Source of the DNA: Octopus sinensis
Taxonomy: Eukaryota
NCBI RefSeq assembly: GCF_006345805.1
Contig: NC_042999.1
Location: 32,116,001-32,180,000 of the forward strand
DNA: 64,000 bases
Direction of reading: 5' to 3'
Part shown: piece after piece, positions 26,130-39,909 of the stretch
How the letters are laid out: every line of letters begins with the position of its first letter
How positions within the stretch are numbered: the stretch's first letter is position 1
Position numbers and translations under genes: made by a program
The notes under the pieces: model-generated
Databases searched by the model: none
What the model was told of the DNA's origin: nothing
What the model saw: only the letters and a program-made list of their open reading frames with translations

Positions 26130-27732
26130 AACTGGTTTAGGTCTATTAACAGTAAGGTGAGTACGAAGTTTATCCAGTTTGATATTTCCAATTTTTATTC
26201 GTCTATTAATCCTATAGTACTTAATAAGGCACTTTGGCTTGCTCATAACAAAGCTGGTCTCACCCTAGAAGAAATTTATGTTGTGTTGTTAGCCAGAAGA
26301 TCTATTATTAAATTTGATGATAAGTTGTGGGTCCGTAAAGACACACCAGATAGTTTCGATATACCTATGGGAAGTTCTGATTCAGCACAGATAGCTGATT
26401 TGGTCTGTATATACATTCTTTTTGAAATGGCTGAAGAGTTCCCTAACATTTATGGAGGTCTATATCGTGATGATTGTTTACTTTACCTCCAAAATGTTTC
26501 TAACCAAAAGGTACAAAAAGTTAAGAACAGTTTAGTTAATTTTTTCAGTAGAATGGGCTTAAAAATCGTTTTTGATGACGATCTGACGAAGGCCAACTTT
26601 TTAGATATTACCCTTAATTTACACAGTGACTCTTACTTCCCATATCATAAACCGTTGACCAATCTTAAGTACATTAGCAAATTTAGTAATCATCCTGGAG
26701 CAATTACTAAGAATTTAGTTAAGAATATTTCATTTAGATTATCTAAATTATCTGCTAATGTTGATATTTTCAATAATAACGCTGAATTCTATAACTCTGC
26801 CTTAATCAAAGCAGGTTATACAGAAAAAATTTTCTACATTGATTCTGCTCAGTCTAATTGTAAATTCAATAATGTAGATAAGATTTCTAGTCGTAAAAGA
26901 ATTATTGATAACAAACATAACTTACGCACCGATACAAAGCGAATGAAGGCAGATAACCCTTATTTATTCCCCTATTACCGATCTAAAAGTAAATATAACA
27001 CCTTCAAAAGTAATTACGCTATGAATACTAGTAAAAATATTTGGTTAATAATTCCTTACGGGAGACAAATTAAATCTAATCTCCCACTGCTGTTTCGTCA
27101 AGCTATTGCTAGGAATTTTCCAAATAATTCTAGATATTACTCTATAATTAATTCACATAAGGTTAGGATAGGTTTTTCAAACACAAAAAATCTCTTGCAA
27201 ATTATATCTTCTCATAATAACAAACTGTTAAATATTAATACATTTACTAATACTAACATTAATTTAGCTACTACCATCCAACCCTCTAGAAATATTAATA
27301 ACAAGGTTATTGTATCTGAAGTCAATCCCAATAGAATTAAATTTATGTCAAGTAACTCTAAGATTAAAAATTCTATATACCAGTGTATAATCAGTACTCG
27401 TAATAAAGTACGATTTTACATTGGAAGCACATCGTTAGAGTTATCTAAGAGAATTTCTATCCATTACTCAACATTTAGATATAGAAATAAACGGAATAGT
27501 ACCGGTCTCAGCAAAGTGATTTGGAATTAAAAGACCACAATGAACAATTCATTTGGAATGGTTGATCCTCTCAATTTCGATACCATATGACAAAGGCAAG
27601 AAATTCTGTCTTCTCTGCAATTCTGAGCTATTTTTCATTATTTTTTCTAAAAATACTCTAGTAAACACGGTTATAGAACGAGCATACAGATGTAAGCATT
27701 GGCAAAAGCATACTTTTAGTGCATATAAGTAG
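26130..27732 (+). pseudogene. PLE RT + GIY-YIG endonuclease (457-aa open stretch 26157-27530, then frameshifts)
   Basis: FIQFDISNFYSSI, PMGSSDSAQIADLV, GGLYRDDCL, NFLDITL, SNHP, SIYQC...FYIGST...RISIHYSTF; after frameshifts LEW...KFCLLCNSE...RCKHW, stop at 27730-27732. Clearly homologous to PLE-1. Confidence 0.92.
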
Positions 27733-27931
27733 TCTCTATCATTATATATAGTTTAGATTTAATTTCCTTTATATTTAACATTCACTATTAATATCCCTAC
27801 TCTTTCTGTTAGCTACTTATGACGTTATATCATATAACGTTTTTTAAACAATATTAATAGCGTTCTGTCTATCGCTATACGAATCCATCATTTTTTGCTA
27901 AAATGTCGTATTGACAAGTTTCGTTTTTTCA

Positions 27932-28016
27932 CTTTCCCGAAGAGAAGATTGCATTGTTTATACCTTTTATTCTTTTGAATAAGTATCAGTGGAATTTTTG
28001 AAACATATGTAGAGAG
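27932..28016 (+). ncRNA. Type-I hammerhead motif of PLE-2 with a U4C core change
   Basis: ctttc-CCGAAGA, long stem II (GAAGATT/AATTTTT, CATTG/CAGTG, ATAC/GTAT, TATTC-tttt-GAATA), GAAA-CATATG-TA, gagag; helix III is the palindrome ACATATGT. Confidence 0.7.
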
Positions 28017-28062
28017 AAAAAATACTTGTTTAAACCTGCGTTGACTCCATTTTTTATTCATA

Positions 28063-28102
<40 letters not shown>

Positions 28103-28268
28103 ATACAAAATGAGAAAATGGAGAAACATACCTAAATCAATCATCAACCATCAGATAATACCCAATCAATACTTTATTAAACCATTACACAACAGCAATG
28201 ACATTATACATAGTATATTTAAATATAACTAGACATAGAAATAGAAATAGAAAATATAATTACATTAT

Positions 28269-28843
<575 letters not shown>

Positions 28844-29594
28844 TGTGTGTGTGTGTGTCTGTGTGTGTATGTGTGTATGTAAGTGAGTTCGACTTTAAAT
28901 CGTTATTTTCCGACTTTGGTTATTGGATGTCTCAGATGGTGCATGTAGCATGACACTTCGGCAGGCCACAAAAGCATTTAAATCGCAAAACGTAGAATTA
29001 CTACGCCATAAGGTGAAGAGAGAAGAAATGATTAGAATTTTATTACTGTGGATTATACTTTTGCTGCAAATATTCTTTTGAAACTTATAAAATCATATTT
29101 GAGAGAATATCGCCGCACTACCATTGGCTAGTTTGTTCCACATCAATGCTTTGATAAATAAAAACTAAAAACTAAACGTAAGTTGTTTTCGGAACACAAT
29201 GCCGGCAGCGGACTCGATAATTTTCGTGTTGGTGAGAAGGTTTCACCTTGTGAGTTAATCGGTATTCTTTGTCAATTGACATATCTGTTCATTATCTGTA
29301 TAGCTGTGGGGTATAATAAATTAGGTTTACATTCGGTATGATGTTATTTTAGATGACATTGTTTACCCGACTAAAACAGAAAGAAAGAAAACACACTGTG
29401 CCAGTGTCCTTAGCATGTAGATGTATGATTGAAGTTTAGTGAATTATACTATTCAATCTGCGACTAATTAAAAGCAGGTGCTAAACGAATAGGCTCGATA
29501 CCTAAGATGATACATATACGTATATTCATATAGTATAATTCAAGTAAAAACCTCGTAATGCTATTTACCACACAGCCACTCCTACGCCTCCTTC

Positions 29595-29804
29595 TCTTTT
29601 ACTCTTTTACTTGTTTCAGTCATTTGACTGCAGCCATGCTGGAGCACAGCCTTTTTAGTCGAGCAAATCGACCCCAGGACTTATTCTTTGTAAGCCTAGT
29701 ACTTGTTCTATAGGTCTCTTTTGCCGAACTGCTAAGTAACGGGGACCTAAACACACCAGCATCGGTTGTCAAGCGATGTTGGGGAGACAAACACAGACAC
29801 ACAA

Positions 29805-29839
<35 letters not shown>

Positions 29840-30014
29840 CATATATATACGATGGGCTTCTTTCAGTCTCCGTCTACCACATCCACTCACAAGGCATTGG
29901 ACGGCCCGAGGCTATAATAGAAGACACTCGCCCAAGGTGCCACGCAGTGGGACTGAACCCGGAACTGCATGGTTGGTAAGCAAGCTACCTTACCACACAA
30001 CCACTCCTACGCCT
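29595..30014 (-). mobile_element. full-length major tRNA-derived SINE
   Basis: Minus head AGGCGTAGGAGTGGTTGTGTGGTAAG...GGGTTCAGTCCC; internal (TA)n(TG)n; tail CAGCATGGCTGCAGTCAAATGACTGAAACAAGTAAAAGAG; close copy at 32867-33322; tail fragments at ~48187-48250, ~16430-16520 and ~49115-49270. Confidence 0.9.
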
Positions 30015-30090
30015 ATTTATATAAATAAATATATATATACATACATACATACATATATATATATATTATTATATATATATATATATAATA

Positions 30091-30149
<59 letters not shown>

Positions 30150-30151
<2 letters not shown>

Positions 30152-30286
30152 TATTAAATTAGAGATAAAACAACTATTAGGCAAATCAAACAGTGAAAAA
30201 CATAAGCCAATACATAAAATTAATTTTAAAATATAAAAGTTAAAAATTAAAAAATTCTTAAAATAATTTAAACTTATAAATTTTAA

Positions 30287-30290
<4 letters not shown>
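30150..30290 (-). repeat. dispersed element end embedded in (TA)n, same family as 47430-47515
   Basis: TTAAATTAGAGATAAAACAACTATTAGGCAAATCAAACAGTGA matches the reverse complement of ~47465-47510. Confidence 0.7.
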
Positions 30291-30332
<42 letters not shown>

Positions 30333-32379
30333 TATATGTATATTTTTATATCTATATATTATTTTGTTTATTAATTAATTAATTAATTAATTTATTTATT
30401 TATTTATTTATTATTTTTCTTTTTAATTTTCTTTTTATTTATTTTAGAACAACTAGGGCGTTATTTGGCTGTTACGTGTTATTCTGCTCTAGTTCATATT
30501 CTAGGGCTGGTGACAGGCGGATCGCTTCTTTGCATGAATTTAATATTAGAATGATAAAACACGAGCATATAGGATATCATGCTTCAAAAGTAACAGTAAT
30601 TGTTTGTACACCGCATACCAGCTTCATGTTGCCGAGTTTATATTCATATACACTTATAGAAGAGCATTGTCTTCTTTGACTATAGAGTTGAATATTTTTC
30701 AGCCACACTCGTGTGTTGACATTTCCTACTGTGGAATATTATATACAGACTTACATACGTACATACATAAATAAATATGTGTGTGTATGTGTATATGTGT
30801 ATGTATGTATGCATGTAAGCATATATGTATATCTATGTAAAGGATGTAGTAAGATTAGCCGCAAGCGTTTAAGAACAGATATTGTGTACATATATTTATT
30901 TTTCTGAATGTCATTTGGTCGTAGCATTTTGGCAACAAAAAAAATCGGTAAAGGGTGCGCATACAATCGAACATATATGCAGAATGATGGAAAGATAAAC
31001 AATAAAAAAAAAGTAATTAAATGTTTACATACCTAAAATAGTACATAGTTTAAAGATGAAATTAGTTCTTTTTCTTAACTGAACTTTATCACGTTTAACT
31101 AAAAACAGGCAAAGCATCCCCACATAACATATATCGGAAATATAGCTTAATTTAATTTAATACCCAATCAGGTATTCCAAGATTTTATCTGCATTCGTTT
31201 TCAGTTCCTGCCGCATTACTGCCCCACCTTGTAACATCCTTTAGCTATTATATAGAATAAAAGCAATATTTTCTCCGGCCGTCACAGCTTGGAACGAAGA
31301 AAATAGCATCGCTAAAATCAAAAGTACCTACTCGATTGCGTCTAACCTACATATATGTACACAATGCCAAATGTATATATCGGTGAATGAAAGCAAACAA
31401 AACAAGTGTAACAAACAAAATATTATATCTGCTGCAGATGTATATTGGAGCTAGTTGTTTCACATGAGTGATTATAACTTTGGAATGTTACATAGTTTCA
31501 CTATTTTTTTAGCCTTTTGGATGGGCAAGGTCTCACAGTGCTATGATCACGTTCCTGTTCTATTTCACCCAACGGAACACTTAGGACATGGCACCTACTT
31601 TGGAAAGAGCTTCAGCCACATCCTGGCTATCACTCATAGTAGTCTCGTTGAAGGAAGCAAGTGGTGAATTTCAGAAGGAGACAAAGCGCAACCCATTTTA
31701 AAAATTGAACCTACAACCTAAAATGATGGGTTTTAACAACACATATTATATGAAATTGCCGTGTTGTTGTTCCTTGGCACTCTAATTTAAATCCTGTCGA
31801 CACTGAATTTCTTCTCTCGGTTTTAATATAAAAGTTTTAAAGAATTTAAGTATATTTTCAGAGTTAGATACTCAAACGGTATAATGGATGCATAGAATCA
31901 AGAACTCTCAATGAAAGTTGAATTCCATTGATTACAATCGCACAGTGTCTAGGTAAGAGTAGATCATTGACATTAACAACATATCTATAGTTAAAACACT
32001 CACTTTTATTGTCAATGCATACAATTTCTTGTTCGATGTCAAAGCTGTAAGAAATAAAATATTATAAATTAAATGTGTTGCGTTAAATTGCATTACTTAT
32101 TATAGTTTAAGCTTTTAACCGTATATTGGTAGAATTGCACATAACATCAGCTAAATTATATGGAGGAAAAAGAAATGGGTGTAGTGAAAGCAATAAAGAT
32201 ACATTTATGAAAATATAATGTCCGAACAATTCTACTTCAAAATATATTTCTAAAATCATATTCACGTAATTCAAAAAATGTCTTCAAATTCAAATAAGGT
32301 AGTGAAGAATGGCCTCTACCTACACATTATTTGGCTTAATATATTGGGAAATCTCATAAATAATGCGGTATTTTTTCAA

Positions 32380-32831
32380 TTGCTAGCCATACGGCCAGGG
32401 TCACCATCGACTTCTGCCTCAGCACATCAGAGCCATGCCGTGGCCGCTATCAGCCCGGATTTGAACCTATTTGAACTGGTGGAGCCGAGGTCGACAACTC
32501 GTGGGGAAATGGAGGCAGCTTTCCTGAGGTTCTGGGCACTGGTACCAATGGCTTTTGTGAGCCACTTCGTGCACTCCATGAACCGACGGTGTAGGGCCGA
32601 TTTTGAACACTCAGGGTGGGTATACACGGTATTGAATATGTCGCAAGCTACAAACTCGATATGCTGGATCCGCCCATTACCACAACACATGACAACGACT
32701 TATAGACTATGGTGAAAGTGCATCCAAGCAATTGACTTTATTAGATTTATCAAAATTTATATCTGACATAACGAAGTTAAAATATATTTCACAGTCACAA
32801 ACGTGGCGCATTTCTTTTGCGGTCCAGTGTA
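32380..32831 (+). mobile_element. Tc1 transposon 3' part: transposase C-terminal remnant and right TIR
   Basis: AISPDLNLFEL...FWALVPMAFVSHFVHSMNRRCRA..HSG fits the Tc1 WPxxSPDLNPIE...W..IP...SMxRRCxAV..GG motif; TIR ends CAGTG|TA at 32829. Confidence 0.85.
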
Positions 32832-32866
32832 TTAAATTAAGGATTTCGGTTGGTGCTCTTTATTGT

Positions 32867-33092
32867 CTTTTACCCTTTTACTTCTTTCAGTCCTTTGATT
32901 GCGGCCATGTTGGAGCACTGCCATTAGTCGAGCAAATCGACATCAGGACTTATTATTTGTAAGCCTAGTACCTATTATATCAGTCTCTTTGCCGAACCGC
33001 TAAGTTACGGGGACGTAAACACACCAGCATCGGTTCTCAAGCGATGTTGAGGGGACAAACACAGACACACAAATACACACACACACACATAC

Positions 33093-33137
<45 letters not shown>

Positions 33138-33322
33138 TATATACATATACATATATAGGACGGGCTTTTTTCAATTTCCGTCTACCAAATCCACTGACAA
33201 GGCTTTGGTCGGCCCCAGGCTATAGTAGAAGACACTGACCAAGGTGCAACGCAGTAGGACTGAATCCGGAACCATGAGATTGGTAAACAAGTTACTTCCC
33301 ACACAGCCACTCCTGTGCCTAG
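32867..33322 (-). mobile_element. full-length major tRNA-derived SINE
   Basis: Colinear with 29595-30014. Confidence 0.9.
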
Positions 33323-33989
33323 GTTTCCATTGGTTTCAAACAATGATTGGTCGATAGTATTCTTGTGATTTAATATTTGATATTTTGTAACTTTTAAAAT
33401 AGTGTAAACTATCGTCAGCAATCTGCTTGGTTAGCATAGTAGAGGTGGTTGCATGTTGCGGTATATTGTATTGTTGAAGACAATCACTGCGTGGTCTAGC
33501 TGACTGTATATATAATAATTCAATCAATCTCACAAACATTTTAAAGTATGCATTACTGGACATGTTTTGGTGTATTGGTTGTTGACAAAAGAATGATAGT
33601 AATAATATATGCTCTGACTGGGAGGTGTGAACCTCGGTGTATTGGTTGAAGTCAAGCTGTGGTAGAATGTGAGTGTCCGAAGTCGGTTGTTGCTTGGTCT
33701 GGTTTTAGCGGTCTCTTTTCTGTGACAGTCCTCGATAGCCTACTCGAATACTCGATGACGTGTGGCCTTGAGTTGCCTCTGAAAAGGTTTTAATGAGGCA
33801 AAATGAGAACGAATTTTACATCAACAGATTAGTAGTATCATGTACGACGCCATGATTTCACGTAGACACGTTGATTTAATCTTCACGTAGAATTATGACA
33901 CATTCTAATCGTCTCTATCTGAATGTCTTCGGTTAAGATCCCTACATAGTATAGATTTTATCTGTGTCTGCCTGTCCTTCTACCTGTCT

Positions 33990-34059
33990 ATCTGTTTATC
34001 TATCTATCTATCTATCTACATACCTACATATACATATATATATATATATTATATATATA

Positions 34060-34091
<32 letters not shown>

Positions 34092-34203
34092 CATACATAT
34101 ATATATACATATATATAGATATAAATATATAGATATATATATGTATATATATATACAGACACACATATATATATATATATCTACCTCTCTATCTATATAT
34201 CTG

Positions 34204-34246
<43 letters not shown>

Positions 34247-34293
34247 CTCTCTCTATCTATCTATCTCTCTATCTATCTATATATCTATCTATC

Positions 34294-34355
<62 letters not shown>
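33990..34355. repeat. compound (TATC)n/(TA)n/(CA)n microsatellite
   Basis: Seen directly. Confidence 0.9.
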
Positions 34356-35680
34356 ATTAGGATAAATCAATAATTAATTATTTATCAGAGGCCAGTATAC
34401 AAAATACCATATAGGTCAAATTAATATCTAAAGTATAATTATGAATATATAATTGTAACTAAGGGCGCTGGAGGGACAGAACATGTACGCTTGAAATAGA
34501 GGTCAAACGAACTACAAACCACTTACGTTAGCAGTCCGTTTATCACAAGGCTGTATGCGGGGAAAATGAGGATATGACACCTATTGGAACACGATGCTCG
34601 ACTTACAATTAAAGAAGCATTTAGCTGTGATATAGAACTTGTACTCTATTCGAATCCAGTATGGCAGCTTTCGAACACAACTGATAATATTTCAAGAAGA
34701 AAATTTTGTCAAATTAAAAACTGATGTCTGAGAGTCACTTACTCAGGATTAAGCGTGACATACCACAATAAAATGCACTGGATGTTACGAAGATTGAATG
34801 AAAAACATCATATAAATGATATAGATCAATATATAGACATGCCTCGTCTTCCGTCCCGATAAAGGATGTAAAACGAAGAAACACTTTCAAACATTTATCG
34901 GCTTCTAGCGGTTTTAATAAATGATGTGTGCATATATTGACATGACTTTAATTTGTTTTACTTTTTCGGTTCAGAATAAGTATTTAGGAAATTTAAAATT
35001 TTACTGCTTTCACGTTCACGTATCATCTGTCGCCTTTACCTCACTCTCGACTCTGCTTGCTCTTCCTCATTCCATTACCACTTTTCTTCCCCGACAATGC
35101 TTGTCCTACCACTTGTTGTTCACATAGTCCAGCGTTCCTTAATAGCAGCAGACATTTCTTTTCAAATCAGAATTAGTAAATCCCCGCAGTCTCTTATCTA
35201 TTTCTAACATACAATTGACTTGTCACGTTATTCCACTCGTAATACATTGGTGAGCTATTGTGCAAATCTTATCATCTATAAAAAGCGTGAAAAGCACCTT
35301 CTCAGCTGAGTGTTGAAATCGTTCGTTAGTTCCTAAGGAGTGATTTATTTTCAGCAGTTTGCAGACGCAAATGATGTTGAATGAAACACCCATGTTTCCA
35401 GAGGTGAATTATTCAAACCCAAAGAATCCCTCTCAACACATGGCTATGCTGCTCCCCCACTACTTTTACTGTGATCACAGATGCACATATCGTCAGCCAC
35501 TAAGGGACATGCTCAACTGGTTACGGTCAAACAATTGACAAGCAAATCTCTGGTATTGAGCAGAATATTTGCTGTAGCACATCTTTTATACCGAGACAAA
35601 ACAATGTACATGATAACACTTCCAGTCAGTTAAGATCAGAAGACATGAGAGCCGCTGCCTGTTACTGCATCAGGGCATTT

Positions 35681-35862
35681 ATTGACGCATGGAGGTACAT
35701 GTTAACAGATTATTTACATTATTTACATTTGTCGGATATTTGTCCTCATCTTGTTTGTTGTTAACACAACATTTCGGCTGATACACGCTCCAGGCTTTAT
35801 CAGGTGTGTTGGGGAAATTTCGAACCTGTGTTCTCATTCCTAAGGTATTTTTGGATATTGTA

Positions 35863-35924
<62 letters not shown>

Positions 35925-36015
35925 TTTTATTTTTTTTCTTCTTTCAAGTTTGCTTCCGTTTCTTGCCGAGTTATTATTATTATTATTATTATTATTATTG
36001 TTATTATTATTATTA

Positions 36016-36059
<44 letters not shown>

Positions 36060-36073
36060 TATTATTATTATTA

Positions 36074-36104
<31 letters not shown>

Positions 36105-36117
36105 ATTATTATTATTA

Positions 36118-36154
<37 letters not shown>

Positions 36155-36253
36155 TCATAGCATCCAGGGCATATGGCGTAGTGGTTAAGAGCACGGGCTA
36201 CTAACCCCAAGATTTCTAGCTTGGATCTTAATAATAATGATGTGATGATGATG

Positions 36254-36323
<70 letters not shown>

Positions 36324-36498
36324 TATCAAAAAAAACCTTAGGAATGAGAACACAGGTTCGAAATTTCCCCAAGCCACCTGATGAAGGCTGGATTGCATAT
36401 CTGCCGAAACGTTGTGTTAACAACAAACAAGATGAGGACTAATATCCGTCAAATGTAAATAATGTAAATAATCTGTTAACGTATCTCCTTACGTCAAT
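35681..36498. mobile_element. inverted dimer of the tRNA-head/(AAT)n/HHR-tail element, copy B
   Basis: Minus arm 35681-36157 and plus arm ~36160-36498; A-box TGGCGTAGTGG at 36174-36184; ~180-bp inverted tails; HHR core in the plus arm. Confidence 0.88.
36373..36418 (+). ncRNA. minimal type-I hammerhead motif, dimer-type
   Basis: cac-CTGATGA-A-GGC...GCC-GAAA-CG-TT-gtg; core intact, one extra A after A9, helix III reduced to the palindrome ACGT, predicted cut after U36413. Confidence 0.65.
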
Positions 36499-37193
36499 GT
36501 AAAATTTCTTCTAATCAAGATAGGCCTTGATCTGAAAAGTAGTTAGCAATATACACCTCGCTTGAATATTTACCACTTCCGAGGTTCCGCTCCCTATAAA
36601 ACATATGTAGTCTGGATCTTAACTACTCCATTCGTTAACTCTCATATATATACATGTAGGGAAAGAGGTATAGATAGAGAAAGACAGAGGGAATGAAGTA
36701 AACTAGAATCTGACGGATAATATTTTGGAGGTGCAAAATAGCAATAATACAAGTGCATACATACGAAATACACACCATTATATCCATTAATTATGTGAAG
36801 TTTTTTTCAAAGAGGTTACACTGCTTGTGGGTGACACGCCTACACACACACATATTTATGAAATGCATATTTCTGGAAATTATCTTAACTACCACCATAG
36901 AATATTATTCAATTATATTTTGTCAATGCGTTACATCGTTGACAATGTGGCGTTATCTCACTTGTTCATTTATCGCATATTTTCGGGTATTTATATATTT
37001 GATAGTTTGTCTGCATTCCACTGAATAGTAAAATTTAGTCTTATAATTTCAAATTTGCGCGATAGAACTCGATCCAGTTGTATCATACAGACAATTGTAC
37101 CACTTGATTCAAAGCCTTTTTTGTTGAGGCGAAGTACACAAAAAGAATGAGTAATTCTTGTTCTCTAGTTTATACACACAACAGAAAGATTTT

Positions 37194-37244
<51 letters not shown>

Positions 37245-38377
37245 CTGATTTTTCACAAAGTGCAAACAACATCTTGACGTTATATAAGTTAGACTTGTAG
37301 AATAAGTACAACAATTCGCATTGTACTAGAAACCCAGAAAGTAGAAATCAATGGGTCGAGTTACACGTAGAACCTAGAAAGTGTGACACTAAATATTACA
37401 TTATGTGAAATGCAGGCAAACAATGTTAATTCTTGATAATGTGTTATAACTGAACAAAGAGGACCATGCGTTCTTGCAAAAATGTATTATTGATACAAGT
37501 GTGTGTGTGCATATATGTGTAAATAGGTGTACATGTGTGTGTGAGGCTGTTTACGTGTGTGTGTTTATATTAGTGTGTGTGTAGATATATGTATATAGAT
37601 GTATACATACACATGCGTATGATGACAATATATACAACGTATCATATACATAGGGAGTTACATTTCTCGCTATACTCTCATACATACACCCCACCGCGCA
37701 CACACAAACATAGCTATCTATGTACCGATCTATGTATCTATCTATCTATACATCTATCCGTCTATCTATCTATGTATCTATAAGCATGCGTCTGGTAGTT
37801 CATTACCTGTCTTCATTAAGTTGTCTTGTTCTAAATTATTCATGTATAATACTTCAGTTGCAATAGAAACTCTAACTCTTCGATTGAATTAAAAAAAAAA
37901 GAAAAATGAATGACATAGCCTCGATAGATATGATATATCGTGTAGAAGGCAAATTACAGAAACTAATTTTCGAGTAATTAATTATTCAGCTAGACTTGGA
38001 CTCATATCGGAATGATCGTGTCAGATGAACATTTGCAACGGTTCAGCAACTTAACCCAAATTCTTTTGATGTTACCGTTTTGCAACAACTACTGTGTTGT
38101 CCAATCATTATATTTACATTAAATTAATTGCCACAATACTCTACTTGCTCGCTTGCATACACACACACACACCACACACACACACACACACATACATGCA
38201 TACATACATACATATATACGTGTGTGAGTACCTACATATATATATATCCCTATACATACACACATACACATATATATATATACGCATATATTTGTACGTC
38301 TGCGTTTACACACACAAAATACGTAAATGTATATGTGTATATATGTATATATATAAAGATGAATATAATATATATAC

Positions 38378-38426
<49 letters not shown>

Positions 38427-39099
38427 TTATAATTAACGTACGTTATGAATAAATATATGTGCCGACTTATAAATACCTTTAATAAACCTATATTTATTTT
38501 GGCCGTGACACTAATCACCTTTTCCAAATCAGACGACTTTCGCAGAATGAAAGATCGAACCGACCACTATTATCTTTAATTACCAACAGACGAAGGGTGT
38601 CTGCCTCAACTATTATTGCAGTTAATTGTAAGATCCATGCTGCTACCTCTGAAAATTCCATACTTAATTATAATGTGCAAAAAACAGAATTTATGTTAAT
38701 TTATATTTCTATCAGTCGTGTTATTACATCAGGAACTAAACAATTAATAAGTTTTAATGAAATATGTTTACTACAAATACAGACACACCACGTGCCCACT
38801 TATAATTTTATGAAACATGACTGCTAGTAGATTTCAATCGTTTAATTAATATCCCGAGAAAGTAAATTATATAAGCGTACTTCCTAAATAGCGGAATTGA
38901 TTCTGTAAATTTCCCTCCAATTATTAAAAATAATACTAATAAACAGGCTAATAACCTTTAAACTGTACTAGCGGGCGTGCCGCTTTAGTGAGTCAGGAAA
39001 AGTTTGGTAGCTCAACTATTATCTAGTTAAAACCTTCAGAGTGTTTTGATAATCTGGATGAGGTTACAGATCTACGCTGTATATGATTATTGGATCGAA

Positions 39100-39600
39100 G
39101 AAATAATCTCAAGTCTAGAATCGATCTACTGGCGCAATGCACCCCCACACATAAGTTCCTCTTATTTCAAGTACCTACAGGTTTTTAGTTTCCTAGATAG
39201 AAAATCTGTGATTGTATGTATTGTGTTTTCTAGATATTGTAAACGAGATAAACTGCTACCATGCCTGACAACGAGTATCTGCCACAGATGAGATCCATTA
39301 CAGTTCGAAATCATGTAATCTGGTAGTCTTGAAGCTAGAATGGCAGGGCATATCTCCCGCTTGCAATACATGTCGTGTGCGGGAAGCGTACTCAATAAAC
39401 CAGCTAGAGGAGATCCCTTCCTTCGTTTAAGTGGCAATATCCTTATCTCTTAGAGAACAGGCTCAATATAGTTGCATAAGTAATAATTCCTGGTTCGTAT
39501 TCTGCTTCTGTTTTGAAAAAAAATTTTCTGACATATTTACAAAATAAGTAGAAATAATTGTGTGTAATAGAAGTAGAATCAGTAAAATCTAGGAAAAGAG
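39100..39600 (-). pseudogene. possible decayed Crypton/DUF3504-type tyrosine-recombinase fragment
   Basis: Minus strand, in order and across frameshifts: K..AEYEP, LRDK, LHDFEL.MD, CPV-like. Weak. Confidence 0.25.
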
Positions 39601-39909
39601 CACAATTCATACATAATGTAAGTACACCATTGAAATGCAATTTGCAGCGATATTCGTACAGAGAAACCATGTCTTATTGTTGTGATGGACTTGCAAACCC
39701 AATACATATCAAAGGGAAACGAAAAGCATTACAGCGGCGATTAGTGAGAAAGGCTGATGAATTTCGGCTCCGTGAAACGGGTATTCTCAGGAAGCTACAT
39801 ATTTAAATTTGATTTGTCGGTACCAATATATGCAGTAAACTACACATCAATTACTTACTAGAATTGCAAATAACCACCAGGTTGAATAAAATCCGTTATA
39901 TGCAATTAT

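Noticed and set aside
26157-27530. Telomerase, group II intron or retron RT, or an intact host gene
   Set aside because: The RT is followed by a GIY-YIG domain and an HHR-bearing 3' end, is 5'-truncated at (GATA)n and is frameshifted near its end.
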